Source of the DNA: Fidelibacterota bacterium
Lineage (GTDB): Bacteria > Fidelibacterota > UBA8477 > JABMPR01
DNA: 64,000 nucleotides
Direction of reading: 5' to 3'
NCBI GenBank assembly: GCA_018673925.1
Contig: JABHBL010000096.1
Coordinates: forward strand, 84,071 to 148,070
The translations under genes were made by a program, and so were the position numbers. Shown in pieces: positions 19,513 through 28,426 of this stretch. Position 1 is the first letter of the stretch. Every line of letters starts with the position of its first letter. Below the pieces are notes generated by a model, which was given only the letters and a program-made list of their open reading frames with translations, did not search any database and was not told the DNA's origin.

Positions 19513-20216
19513 TGGGTTACTTTTTTTCCTCGATTCGTTGCTTCATCTACAGCAATTTTGCCATCAAGAAGTCTAACCACCCGGGAAGCATGAGCAGCAA
19601 TATGCTCCTCATGGGTAACCAGAATAATGGTATTGCCCTGTTTGTGAAGTTCATCAAAAAGAGTCATAATCTCTTCACCTGTTTTTGAATCCAGGTTACC
19701 TGTAGGTTCGTCAGCCAAAATAATTGCAGGATTGTTTACCAACGCTCTGGCCACGGCGACACGTTGACGCTGACCACCTGATAGCTCGTTAGGCTTATGA
19801 CTCACTCGATCGCCAAGATTCACCCTCGTGAGGGCTCTAATGGCCATATCTCTACGCTCGTGTGCTTTAATTTCCCCATTGTAGATCAGAGGCAGCTCGA
19901 CATTACGCAGACTGGTGGATTTAGGAAGCAGGTTGAAGGTCTGAAATACAAATCCGATTTTTTTATTTCGAATATGAGCTAATTCATCATCACCCATGGT
20001 CGCTACATTTGTACCATCCATAAAAAACTCACCTGAAGTGGGTGTATCCAGACACCCCAGGAGGTTCATAAGCGTGGATTTCCCAGACCCGGATGGTCCC
20101 ATTATGGACACATATTCATTTTGCTCGATGGATACTGATACCCCATCCAGGGCGCGTACTTCAGTATTGCCCATCTGGTATATTTTATAGAGATCTTTTA
20201 CCTGGATTAATGACAT
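19509..20216 (-). CDS. ABC transporter ATP-binding protein (MacB/LolD-like)
   Basis: [28 protein letters not shown]. Confidence 0.95.
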   Translation of the reverse strand: MSLIQVKDLYKIYQMGNTEVRALDGVSVSIEQNEYVSIMGPSGSGKSTLMNLLGCLDTPTSGEFFMDGTNVATMGDDELAHIRNKKIGFVFQTFNLLPKSTSLRNVELPLIYNGEIKAHERRDMAIRALTRVNLGDRVSHKPNELSGGQRQRVAVARALVNNPAIILADEPTGNLDSKTGEEIMTLFDELHKQGNTIILVTHEEHIAAHASRVVRLLDGKIAVDEATNRGKKVTQ

Positions 20217-20256
20217 TATGTTATCCGTATTCTACTGTATTCTGATTTCAGTGTGA

Positions 20257-21498
20257 CTATTCCTTGTCGTCAACATTAAACTTTTTACGCTTGGTAATCT
20301 CTACCCTGTCGCCATCATTCAGACCACGGCTAATTTCCTTATAGGGTCCGGTGACAATTTCATCATCCAGCTCCAAACCAGACAAGATTTCAAAATCCCG
20401 TTCACCAATAATCCCAGTGACTACCTCACGTTGAATTACTTCTTTGCCCTTGCCTTTTTCACTGTCTACCAGGACAAACACAACTTCCACAGGTTCAAGA
20501 TCGTCATCTTCCATATTCATGCTACTGTCAGCTCGTGAAAGTTCTTTATCCTGCTTTTCCTCAAGTTGCTTGGGTTTTCTCATGGTGATGCTTTGAATGG
20601 GAACAAAGAGAACATCATTCTGAACATCTGAACGGATATCTACCGCAGCTGACATACCTGGCCTAATTTCTTCTGGTGGATCCAAGAGACGAATTTGCAC
20701 CTTGAAATTGGTCACCTGATCAAGACTACCTCCGCCAGTATTCTGGGCACTGTGGGCAATCTCAGTGACGATTCCCTGAAACATGGTGTCCTGAAGGGCA
20801 TCGATTTCGATTTCAGTGGTATCACCCAGGGAGACATCAACCACATCGTTTTCATTTACATCGACCAGGACTTCCATCTCATTCAAGTCGGCAATAATCA
20901 TAATGATGTCCCGACTAAAGGCGGAACCCAATGCCATTTCTCCGACTTCTTTATTGACGAGAGTAACGGTTCCCGACATGGGTGCAAACATCATAGTCTT
21001 TTTGTAGTTATCCTGTGATTGGGCTAGCGCTGCTTCAGCCTGTTTTTTAGCTGACAGACTCTGTTGAAAACGAACGAGTGCTCCCTGATAGATTAGCTCG
21101 CTCACCAATTTTTTTTGAAATAATTCGAACTGTTGATTCTTTTCCAGTTCAGCCAGTGATAATGAAGCTTCAGAAGAAGCCAGGACCTGTTCAGCGCGAT
21201 CTACATCGGCTTTATAACGAGTCGCATCGAGTTGTGCCAGGAATTTTCCCTTCTCAACCCAGTCACCTTCTTTGACAGCCATGCGAATCACTCGACCTGC
21301 CACGTCAGCACTCACATCGACTTCAACGACGGGCTGGATTCTCCCTGAGGCAGCAACTTTATGGACAACTTGTCCGCGTTCAACTTTTGCAGATTGGACT
21401 TCCTTCGTACTACCCTGATCCTTTTTTACCGCGAAAAATCCACCAACACCTACAACAATGACAACCAGGACAATTACTATTATTTTCTTTTTAGACAT
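20257..21498 (-). CDS. Periplasmic adaptor / membrane fusion protein (MacA-like)
   Basis: N-terminal TM, lipoyl half-motifs (VAGRV..MAVKEGD.V.KG; APMSGTV), RPGMS. Confidence 0.9.
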   Translation of the reverse strand: MSKKKIIVIVLVVIVVGVGGFFAVKKDQGSTKEVQSAKVERGQVVHKVAASGRIQPVVEVDVSADVAGRVIRMAVKEGDWVEKGKFLAQLDATRYKADVDRAEQVLASSEASLSLAELEKNQQFELFQKKLVSELIYQGALVRFQQSLSAKKQAEAALAQSQDNYKKTMMFAPMSGTVTLVNKEVGEMALGSAFSRDIIMIIADLNEMEVLVDVNENDVVDVSLGDTTEIEIDALQDTMFQGIVTEIAHSAQNTGGGSLDQVTNFKVQIRLLDPPEEIRPGMSAAVDIRSDVQNDVLFVPIQSITMRKPKQLEEKQDKELSRADSSMNMEDDDLEPVEVVFVLVDSEKGKGKEVIQREVVTGIIGERDFEILSGLELDDEIVTGPYKEISRGLNDGDRVEITKRKKFNVDDKE

Positions 21499-21507
21499 AT
21501 CAACCTC

Positions 21508-22785
21508 TTAACGTTTTCCCATCAATTGAAGCAGTCCTGCTTCAGCAACTTTCAGATTGTGCTGGGTGCGGATTAAATTTGATTTCGCATCTTCGTAGCT
21601 AGCTGTGATTCTCAATACATCCAGAATGGAGAGGGACCCAATTTTATACTGCTCCTGAGCTAATAGCAGATCTTGTTCTGAAGCTGTTAGAATGAGTTGA
21701 GAAATTTTTACAGATTCTTTCAGGGCATCCATTTGCTCTAGAGTTTGGGCTAATTCTTTGCGAAGTTTTCTGACAGATAAATCATAGTTCTCTTCTGCCA
21801 TTTTTGCGTTGATTTTTCCCTGCTCGACACCCCGACTTGTTCGGGTGCCATTAAACAGATTCCAGCTAAGAGAAAGTCCGGCAGACTTTGTTGAAGTAGT
21901 TTCTCCAAAAATGTCACCCATGGCTGCCGCGCTGTTCCTATAAGAGGCAGAAAAGGCCAGAGAGGGCATATAGCCAGCTCGTGCGATTTTGACATTATAG
22001 GCCATAATCTCTTTGTTTTGGTCTAACAGTTTTAGCGAATGATTCGAGCTGAGAACTTCATCAAGAATTTGGTCTACTGTAGGGACTTGAACTTCTTCCC
22101 AGGTAGGTTCTGCCAGGGTAAGGGAGGCATCCGCATCACGACCCAGAATAATGTTGAGGTTCCGAGACTTTGACTTCAGGTCAACTTCTCCATTGATAAT
22201 CTGTAGCCGAGAGTTTTCAATATTGACCCGGGTTCTCAAAGTGTCATTTTGTGAGGCAGCACCGAGTTTGAAGCGTTCAAGTGTGAGTTGATGTTGATAC
22301 TCGCTGGTCGTCTGGTTCTCACGATAGACATCGAGGAGTTGTTGAGTAGATAAATAACTGTAATAGGCTGCTTTGACCGAATATACTGTATTTACCTCAT
22401 AACTATCATACTGGATATTGGCCGCATCCTGGGCAATCTTGGCGGACTTAAGCGTATTCCACCAGGCACCACCATCCCAGATGTTTTGGGAAAGCGTGAG
22501 GGAATTTGAATAGCTATCATTCCATCCGAGACCGAACATATCACTACTACCGCCTGAGAGTGAAAAATTAACAACCGGTAAAACCATACCGATGTTGCTC
22601 TTGGCCTGAGAGACACTTCTATCTGTCTCAAAGCGGTTGATTTTCAGAGACTGATTGTGTTCCAATCCAATTTGGATACAATCGTCGAGAGTTATGGGTG
22701 AAGATGACTGACTAAAACCTGGGAGACAGAACCCAATAATGAGTAGTGAGCCTATTGTTTTTAAACGCATGGAAGTTCCTATCAT
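21508..22785 (-). CDS. TolC family outer membrane efflux protein
   Basis: LDDCIQIGLEHN, two OEP repeats (ERFKLG; EQYKIG.LS..DVL). Confidence 0.9.
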   Translation of the reverse strand: MIGTSMRLKTIGSLLIIGFCLPGFSQSSSPITLDDCIQIGLEHNQSLKINRFETDRSVSQAKSNIGMVLPVVNFSLSGGSSDMFGLGWNDSYSNSLTLSQNIWDGGAWWNTLKSAKIAQDAANIQYDSYEVNTVYSVKAAYYSYLSTQQLLDVYRENQTTSEYQHQLTLERFKLGAASQNDTLRTRVNIENSRLQIINGEVDLKSKSRNLNIILGRDADASLTLAEPTWEEVQVPTVDQILDEVLSSNHSLKLLDQNKEIMAYNVKIARAGYMPSLAFSASYRNSAAAMGDIFGETTSTKSAGLSLSWNLFNGTRTSRGVEQGKINAKMAEENYDLSVRKLRKELAQTLEQMDALKESVKISQLILTASEQDLLLAQEQYKIGSLSILDVLRITASYEDAKSNLIRTQHNLKVAEAGLLQLMGKR

Positions 22786-22820
22786 AAATATTTTTAATTA
22801 ATTGTTATTCTGTTCGCCAT

Positions 22821-23615
22821 TTAACCCATAAACGCAGAATTGGCCTTCAAGAGGGCTGCTCCAATGGAGACAAGTATAAGCCAGGGAAACCCTACAGCCA
22901 TGATGCCAGTAGCAGTTGGTTTGTTATAGAGTTTGGCAAAACCAAATCCCATGACCACCATACCCCAGACGCGGAATAGGTCGAGTTGATTCGCAAAATG
23001 CTTAAGGAAGGTGTCAATCTCATCAAACAATAGTCCAGGACTTAATGCCAGACTTGTGGACTCCTTGATCATGATTAAAGGAGTTTTGACCATCAGTTCC
23101 AGAGTTCCAACCCCTGGAAGCATATTCATAAAGAATCCGTTGCCACCAATCAGGTATGTCAGCATCACCATAGTAAACATTTGGAAGAATTTGACTTGTC
23201 CACCCATTCCAAAATTACCAACCAGGAGCAAGATTGCCGCAAAGAAGGCGGCCATGACCAAAAGCATGATGGGAAGTAGGAAATAGCCCCACAGGTTTCT
23301 AAAAGCAAAGGGGTTTTCTCGGGCATCATCAACTTTCTCAAAACCTTCGTACATCTTATCAAGGTATGCGGCTTTCTGTTCTTCAGGCATATCAGCATTG
23401 TTCTCAATTGAACGCATTATTTTGTTGAGTCGATATTCACCTTCATCAAGGCTAATATCTCTATAAAAAAGAGGTAGGATGATTAGCCCAGCTACAACGA
23501 TGATAAAGGGGTAGAGCCAATCCTTATATGAAACCCCATCAACCAAACCATCAAAGGCTTTACTGGGAGTAAAAATCAGATTTACTATCCGTTGAATAAA
23601 TGATGTGTTTTCCAT
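22821..23615 (-). CDS. Yip1 family membrane protein
   Basis: NLIFTPSKAF N-terminal motif, multiple TMs, first gene of exporter operon. Confidence 0.75.
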   Translation of the reverse strand: MENTSFIQRIVNLIFTPSKAFDGLVDGVSYKDWLYPFIIVVAGLIILPLFYRDISLDEGEYRLNKIMRSIENNADMPEEQKAAYLDKMYEGFEKVDDARENPFAFRNLWGYFLLPIMLLVMAAFFAAILLLVGNFGMGGQVKFFQMFTMVMLTYLIGGNGFFMNMLPGVGTLELMVKTPLIMIKESTSLALSPGLLFDEIDTFLKHFANQLDLFRVWGMVVMGFGFAKLYNKPTATGIMAVGFPWLILVSIGAALLKANSAFMG

Positions 23616-23711
23616 GAGATCAAACCCTTTTGCAATTGTAGGTCGGTATAGGTGTCATTTTATCCAGTTGAAGTGAACCGACCCAGTTCACTCCGAACTT
23701 TCTTTTATTCG

Positions 23712-23726
23712 GCAATCAATATGCCA
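23712..23726 (-). promoter_or_regulatory. Sigma54 (-24/-12) promoter for the yip1-tolC-MFP-ABC operon
   Basis: TGGCAT-ATTGA-TTGC matches TGGCAC-N5-TTGC with exact GG-N10-GC spacing, about 97 nt upstream of the start codon. Confidence 0.7.
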
Positions 23727-23782
23727 CGTGTTCAGGTCAGGGGCATAACTTTCTGAAACTATATCTATCTTGAAGCATTAAC

Positions 23783-24604
23783 TCACTTCAGCGTAAAATG
23801 ATCCTCCTGAAATGGTGTTGTCTCTGCCTCGTTGACATCATACTTCATGGTGAAGATATCGTCATCATCTTCATCCAGGAGTCTGATTACAAATCTGACA
23901 ATCTCGCCATCAGGGCGGTCCCATTCTTTATCCCTTTTGATGCTGTTGTATATGACATCCACCAGTGATGGGATACCTTCCACATGATCCTCATTATAGC
24001 CCAGTTTCTGGCTAAGATCTTCTCGTGCTTTTGTGATTTTGGATAAGGCCATGGACTTGGTTGTATAGAATTCCTCCACGATGATCCTTGTGTCAGAATC
24101 TTCAGGATAAACTGAAGTGACTACTTTTCTGGCTTTAAAGCCATTTATATTTTTTTCATAGCCCAAAATCTCACGGACCATTTTGGGGAGATCATCTATA
24201 TCATTTTGATCTGACCCCATATCAATATGAGTTTCATGATCGCCTGCTTCGGCAGCTTTTGATTCACGGAGTTCTTTAAAAGAATGGGGTGCAAAGGCAT
24301 CAGTTTCTATATTGTATTGCCACTGAACATCATCGCATAAATTAGAAAGAACGACTTCAGTACTCCTACCATCTGACTCACTTACCATTTTGATCAGCGC
24401 GTTATGCATCTTGATTGATGTGTCTTCTTTAAGCTTGCAGCCTGATAGATAGCTAGATGTCTTGGTAGTAATCTTGCCTACAACTGGTATCTCGATGACG
24501 GTTTTTTCCTCGAGATGATATTCTTTATCGCCAGCATAGAGGGGCAGTGTATATGTGAACAGCCCCAGAATAATAGCGATGATTAATGCTGCTCTAGTCT
24601 TCAT
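23783..24604 (-). CDS. Exported hypothetical protein (DUF4412/GLPGLI-like)
   Basis: Signal peptide from MKTRAAL at 24604; EKNINGFKARK motif. Confidence 0.55.
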   Translation of the reverse strand: MKTRAALIIAIILGLFTYTLPLYAGDKEYHLEEKTVIEIPVVGKITTKTSSYLSGCKLKEDTSIKMHNALIKMVSESDGRSTEVVLSNLCDDVQWQYNIETDAFAPHSFKELRESKAAEAGDHETHIDMGSDQNDIDDLPKMVREILGYEKNINGFKARKVVTSVYPEDSDTRIIVEEFYTTKSMALSKITKAREDLSQKLGYNEDHVEGIPSLVDVIYNSIKRDKEWDRPDGEIVRFVIRLLDEDDDDIFTMKYDVNEAETTPFQEDHFTLK

Positions 24605-24636
24605 AACAAATTCTCTTTCTTCAAAGTTCCAGGGTT

Positions 24637-25638
24637 TCATCCCGTTGGTATATTTTTGCGATACGTGTGCCATATGCCATAGTAAAGCAAGGCCGATACC
24701 AAAACAGAAATGGCAGTGTCAACATTGAAGATATACGCCCAGAAATTCCCGTATATGGCCATGTCAGTATCTAGTCCTTTTTCCATCATTTCCCATTGAT
24801 CGATAATGACCTGGTTAAAACCCCAGAAGAATTTTCCGATGGTCTTCAACAGGGCAGCACTTTGGAAAATGATGGCCCAACTGATGGATAGAAGAATCGG
24901 CGCACCTATACCAACCAGAAGGGGACGTCCTTTTACGTATGTCCCAACCAGCATAAGGAATAGAGCGAGAGGCGCCATGTGGATGGCTGCAAAAAGAAGA
25001 TAGCCAAACCAATCCCAGATGAGTCTTAGATAGGATATTTGGTTTAACACGAGACTTGCCAGGGAGGTAAAAGGTTCACCCATGATCCAAATAGCAGTTC
25101 GAAGAAATGCCAGATACTCAATTGAGAGAAATAAAGTCAATCCGATCACTCCTATGAGACCGGCTGCTATTTTTGAGCCGAGGAGCATATGATCATTGAC
25201 CGGTAAACTTCTATAGAATAGTGTGCTATTGTCCGCACGTTCCTTATAGATAGCATCTGAAAAGTAGAACAGGCTGAGAAATAGGATAAAGCCAAAGGTT
25301 CCCATCATACCCAGTCGTAGACCAAAGGCGATAGGAAGAGCTGCTTTCTTGAGCACTTGTTCAACACTACGAGGGGTATCATCTCCATCAATACTAAGCT
25401 CAACATCGTTTCCGTTCATACGAACATCGACGTCAAATTCCTCGTCCTCATCACTGAATCGGACATCTTCAATAAGGATATGACCATCTTTCTCCAGTTC
25501 CGAGTGGAGGAAGTCTGAACCACGGGAAACAGAAAGCAGCATCAGCAGGTTCAGAAATGTGATAACCAGGATGGTGCCGATGATGACCCTTTGCCATTCC
25601 AGCCATTCGCGTTTTAACAGGATCATTAATGGTTTCAT
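24637..25638 (-). CDS. ABC-2 type permease (Ytr-like operon)
   Basis: LLKREWLEW, Y.ERADNS.LFYRSLPV....L.SK; multiple TMs; follows ATPase gene. Confidence 0.8.
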   Translation of the reverse strand: MKPLMILLKREWLEWQRVIIGTILVITFLNLLMLLSVSRGSDFLHSELEKDGHILIEDVRFSDEDEEFDVDVRMNGNDVELSIDGDDTPRSVEQVLKKAALPIAFGLRLGMMGTFGFILFLSLFYFSDAIYKERADNSTLFYRSLPVNDHMLLGSKIAAGLIGVIGLTLFLSIEYLAFLRTAIWIMGEPFTSLASLVLNQISYLRLIWDWFGYLLFAAIHMAPLALFLMLVGTYVKGRPLLVGIGAPILLSISWAIIFQSAALLKTIGKFFWGFNQVIIDQWEMMEKGLDTDMAIYGNFWAYIFNVDTAISVLVSALLYYGIWHTYRKNIPTG

Positions 25639-26492
25639 GATTCACCTCCCATAAGAGCAACAAAAATGTCAGCAACAGAAGGGGTTTGGATGTCACCCAG
25701 GCCCACCAGTGCTTTGCTCTCAGTATTTTCAAGTAAAAAGACTCTCCGACCCAGAATACCATATTCACTCATGGGTTTGAGTTGATCCCTTAGTGTTTCT
25801 GCCTGGTCTGCAGGTACGGTTAATTGGGTAAAGCGCTTACCTAGGTCTTCAATACTGGCATAAAGCAGGATTTTCCCCTTGTTGATGAAAATGACATCGG
25901 AGAGGATATGCTCAACCTCTTCAATCTGATGAGTTGATATCAGAATAGATTTTTCCTCATCGAAGTAATCTTCCAGAACGCTGGTGTAGAGTTGCTTTCT
26001 AAAAAGAATGTCTAAACCATGGGTTGGCTCATCCAGGATAAGCAGACGGGAATCCGTTGATAGCGTGACTGCCAGATGCAATTGTGTTTTCATGCCTTTG
26101 CTCAAGGACTTGATTTTTTTATCCATGGGGATTGTGGTTGATTTAAGAAAGGTTTCTGCTTTTTCACGATGGAACCCAGGATGGATACCTTCAAGAAAAT
26201 CCAGAAGTTCTCTGGTTTTCATCCAGGATGGCAGGACAGCGATGTCATGGATGACACCAGTTTTTCCCATAAGTTCAGCACGTTGTGTGCGGGGCTCGCA
26301 GTCCAAAACTTTGGCTTCACCCTGGTAATCCAATTCTCCAGTGAGAGCTCGTAACAGGGTCGTTTTGCCTGCTCCATTGGGACCGACGAGTCCGACAATT
26401 TTCCCGGGTGGAATTTCAAGATTAACAGCATCCAGGGCTTTTAGATCGCCATAGGATTTGCTTACATTTTTTAATTCGATAAGGGCAGTCAT
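25635..26492 (-). CDS. ABC transporter ATP-binding protein (YtrB-like)
   Basis: GPNGAGKTT, LSKGM, LILDEPT.GLD, STHQ. Confidence 0.92.
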   Translation of the reverse strand: MTALIELKNVSKSYGDLKALDAVNLEIPPGKIVGLVGPNGAGKTTLLRALTGELDYQGEAKVLDCEPRTQRAELMGKTGVIHDIAVLPSWMKTRELLDFLEGIHPGFHREKAETFLKSTTIPMDKKIKSLSKGMKTQLHLAVTLSTDSRLLILDEPTHGLDILFRKQLYTSVLEDYFDEEKSILISTHQIEEVEHILSDVIFINKGKILLYASIEDLGKRFTQLTVPADQAETLRDQLKPMSEYGILGRRVFLLENTESKALVGLGDIQTPSVADIFVALMGGES

Positions 26493-26860
26493 CAGACTTC
26501 CTCCCCGTAATTTTTTTGGATGAGTTTAATCAGGTCCGCCTGGGAGATGGATAGCAGTTGAGCTTCCTGGACCAAAGCTTGTATAGTTTCATTTTTAAAG
26601 CGATCGCTGGCGCTCCTGTTGAGCTGTTTACGAGCGTTGCTTTGGACAAACATGCCTAGTCCTCTTCTTTTTTCCAAGAGACCCTCCTGTATCAGTAATT
26701 GTGTTGCGTTTAATACGGTCTGAGGATTCAGCCCATACTCAACAGATATCTGTCTAACAGAAGGTATTGCCGTTTCGGCTTGTAGCGCCCCTGAAAGTAT
26801 GTCCTGGCGAATGGACTCAGCCAGTTGTTGGTAGATCGGTGTTTTTTGATCAAAGTTCAT
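26492..26860 (-). CDS. GntR family, YtrA subfamily transcriptional regulator
   Basis: PIYQQL...I..G.L.....IPSVR.....LNPQTV....L..EG...RRGLGMFV; short C-terminal helix; upstream of ABC genes. Confidence 0.9.
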   Translation of the reverse strand: MNFDQKTPIYQQLAESIRQDILSGALQAETAIPSVRQISVEYGLNPQTVLNATQLLIQEGLLEKRRGLGMFVQSNARKQLNRSASDRFKNETIQALVQEAQLLSISQADLIKLIQKNYGEEV

Positions 26861-26876
26861 TTTCTTTCACCTCTTT

Positions 26877-26920
26877 TGGTGTTCTACATTACTATAACAC
26901 CAACACGATATGATATGCAA
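26877..26920 (-). promoter_or_regulatory. Sigma70 promoter overlapped by YtrA-type palindromic operator
   Basis: TTGCAT(26920-26915)-N18-TATAGT(26896-26891); palindrome TGGTGTTnTA-N6-TAnAACACCA at 26877-26902. Confidence 0.75.
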
Positions 26921-27276
26921 GAACTATTTTAAGTGTTGCTGGTACTTTGTTTGCTGCCATTCGGTTTGCCAGCTTGGTGATTAATAGCGGATATTGAACA
27001 TCTAAATTAATGATAGATACGGGGAATGATTTTTTCTAAGTTCGAGGACGATCATGATTACGGGATCATCTTGAATTGACATCGAGGTATTGAAAAAACA
27101 ATTACTTGCTACTGGGGACCGGCAATTCTGTTTCAGCTCGAAGCGACTTGCCATACGCTCTTCTCTGTTTCAATCTACATTTTTCTGCTTCAGCACAATG
27201 CTCAATTCCGATGGTGCCCCTTCTGGGGATATCATGACGTGGGAATAACATGGGATTAGCTGAGCATCAGAAGTAA

Positions 27277-27696
27277 ATGAAGAATAGTGGCTATAGCCTC
27301 GTTGAGGTTGTGTTGTCTGCTGTACTACTTTCCGTAGTCGCCGTAGGATCATACCAGATATATGATCATGTCAAATGGGAAGCAGATCAAGGGAAGAGAG
27401 ACCAGCTGGCTTGGACCAATATGGCTACTCGTATGGCCATTGCTGTCGATATGGACTATTTCACCATTCAAGGAAGTATGCCCGAATTTTCAGTTCCCAT
27501 TACCCTGGATGGAATTCAGGGCTACCGCACCACCACAGTCAGGGAAGTCGATGATCCCTTTGATGGTGTCGCCCCCATGGATACTACACTACCAGATTAT
27601 CTCAAGGTAACTGTCATGTTTGCCTGGTATGAACCCGATAATATTAAAGATAGTCTGAGTGTGAGTATATCTGAAGAACGTGGTTGGACATATTAA
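27277..27696 (+). CDS. Type IV prepilin-like protein (PilV/minor pseudopilin-like)
   Basis: KNSG|YSLVEVVLSAVLL class III signal peptide with Glu at +5. Confidence 0.75.
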   Translation: MKNSGYSLVEVVLSAVLLSVVAVGSYQIYDHVKWEADQGKRDQLAWTNMATRMAIAVDMDYFTIQGSMPEFSVPITLDGIQGYRTTTVREVDDPFDGVAPMDTTLPDYLKVTVMFAWYEPDNIKDSLSVSISEERGWTY

Positions 27697-27745
27697 CCAC
27701 GTAGGTTTTCACCACCTCCACCTCATACAGAATTGGACCAATTCA

Positions 27746-28291
27746 CTACAACAGAAACCTGAATATAATTCGGATTCTCATCTCTTCGGTTTCAAAGGAA
27801 GCAGACCTCCAATAATGATGATGCTTGCCACTCTCATATAGAAACATGGCCTCTCCACCCAGACTGAAATGATGAGTGAAATAATGTTCACCTCCAAAAG
27901 CAGGACCCCAGAATTGGAAGGTAATGGATTGTGACGAGTCATTAAGTAGGTTTGAGCTTTTACCAATCCCAGCTCGAAGACCATAGTAAATCAAGGTTTC
28001 CCCGTATCCATTTTTTAGAAACAGTCCAGAACCAAGCACGGTTTCGCGTACAGTACTGTAATTCATGGAAACAAATTTTTCTTTGGTCACTTTGTGAGAA
28101 AATGTGGGTTCAATTCTGAAACGACCCAAATCAATGGGTAGATATAAGGTGCCTTCCTGGGTAGTCATAATTGAAGTGTCATCCTTCTGAGGAAAGGCCA
28201 TCCCGAATCCCATCCGAAACGAGTTTTCAGTTACTTCAATAGCCCCGGCATTGCCTATAACTGATAGAATGATCAAAATTATTCTGTAGAT
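27746..28291 (-). CDS. Small outer membrane beta-barrel protein; probable ATC start
   Basis: Alternating beta strands, GGEHYF...FSLGGE, terminal IIFRFLL; signal peptide complete only from ATC at 28291 after AAAGGGGG. Confidence 0.6.
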   Translation of the reverse strand: MYRIILIILSVIGNAGAIEVTENSFRMGFGMAFPQKDDTSIMTTQEGTLYLPIDLGRFRIEPTFSHKVTKEKFVSMNYSTVRETVLGSGLFLKNGYGETLIYYGLRAGIGKSSNLLNDSSQSITFQFWGPAFGGEHYFTHHFSLGGEAMFLYESGKHHHYWRSASFETEEMRIRIIFRFLL

Positions 28292-28358
28292 GATTCCCCC
28301 TTTGTTTGTTGATTAAAACAGAGGGATGGAAATATTGTTCCAAGATGTTTTTTTAAGC

Positions 28359-28391
28359 AAAAAAAAGGCGAGGAAAAAATCCTCGCCTTTT
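28359..28391 (-). terminator. Intrinsic terminator of the large secreted protein gene
   Basis: Minus strand AAAAGGCGAGGA-tttt-TCCTCGCCTTTTTTTT. Confidence 0.85.
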
Positions 28392-28426
28392 GATATATAC
28401 AAGGGCTAGCCCTTACAAAATGGGTC

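Noticed and set aside
24605..24673. N-terminal extension overlapping the permease gene
   Set aside because: ATG at 24604 gives a clean signal peptide without overlap
27090..27248. 52-codon small ORF as a confident CDS
   Set aside because: GAGG is too close to the TTG and no motif is recognisable; kept only as a possibility in findings
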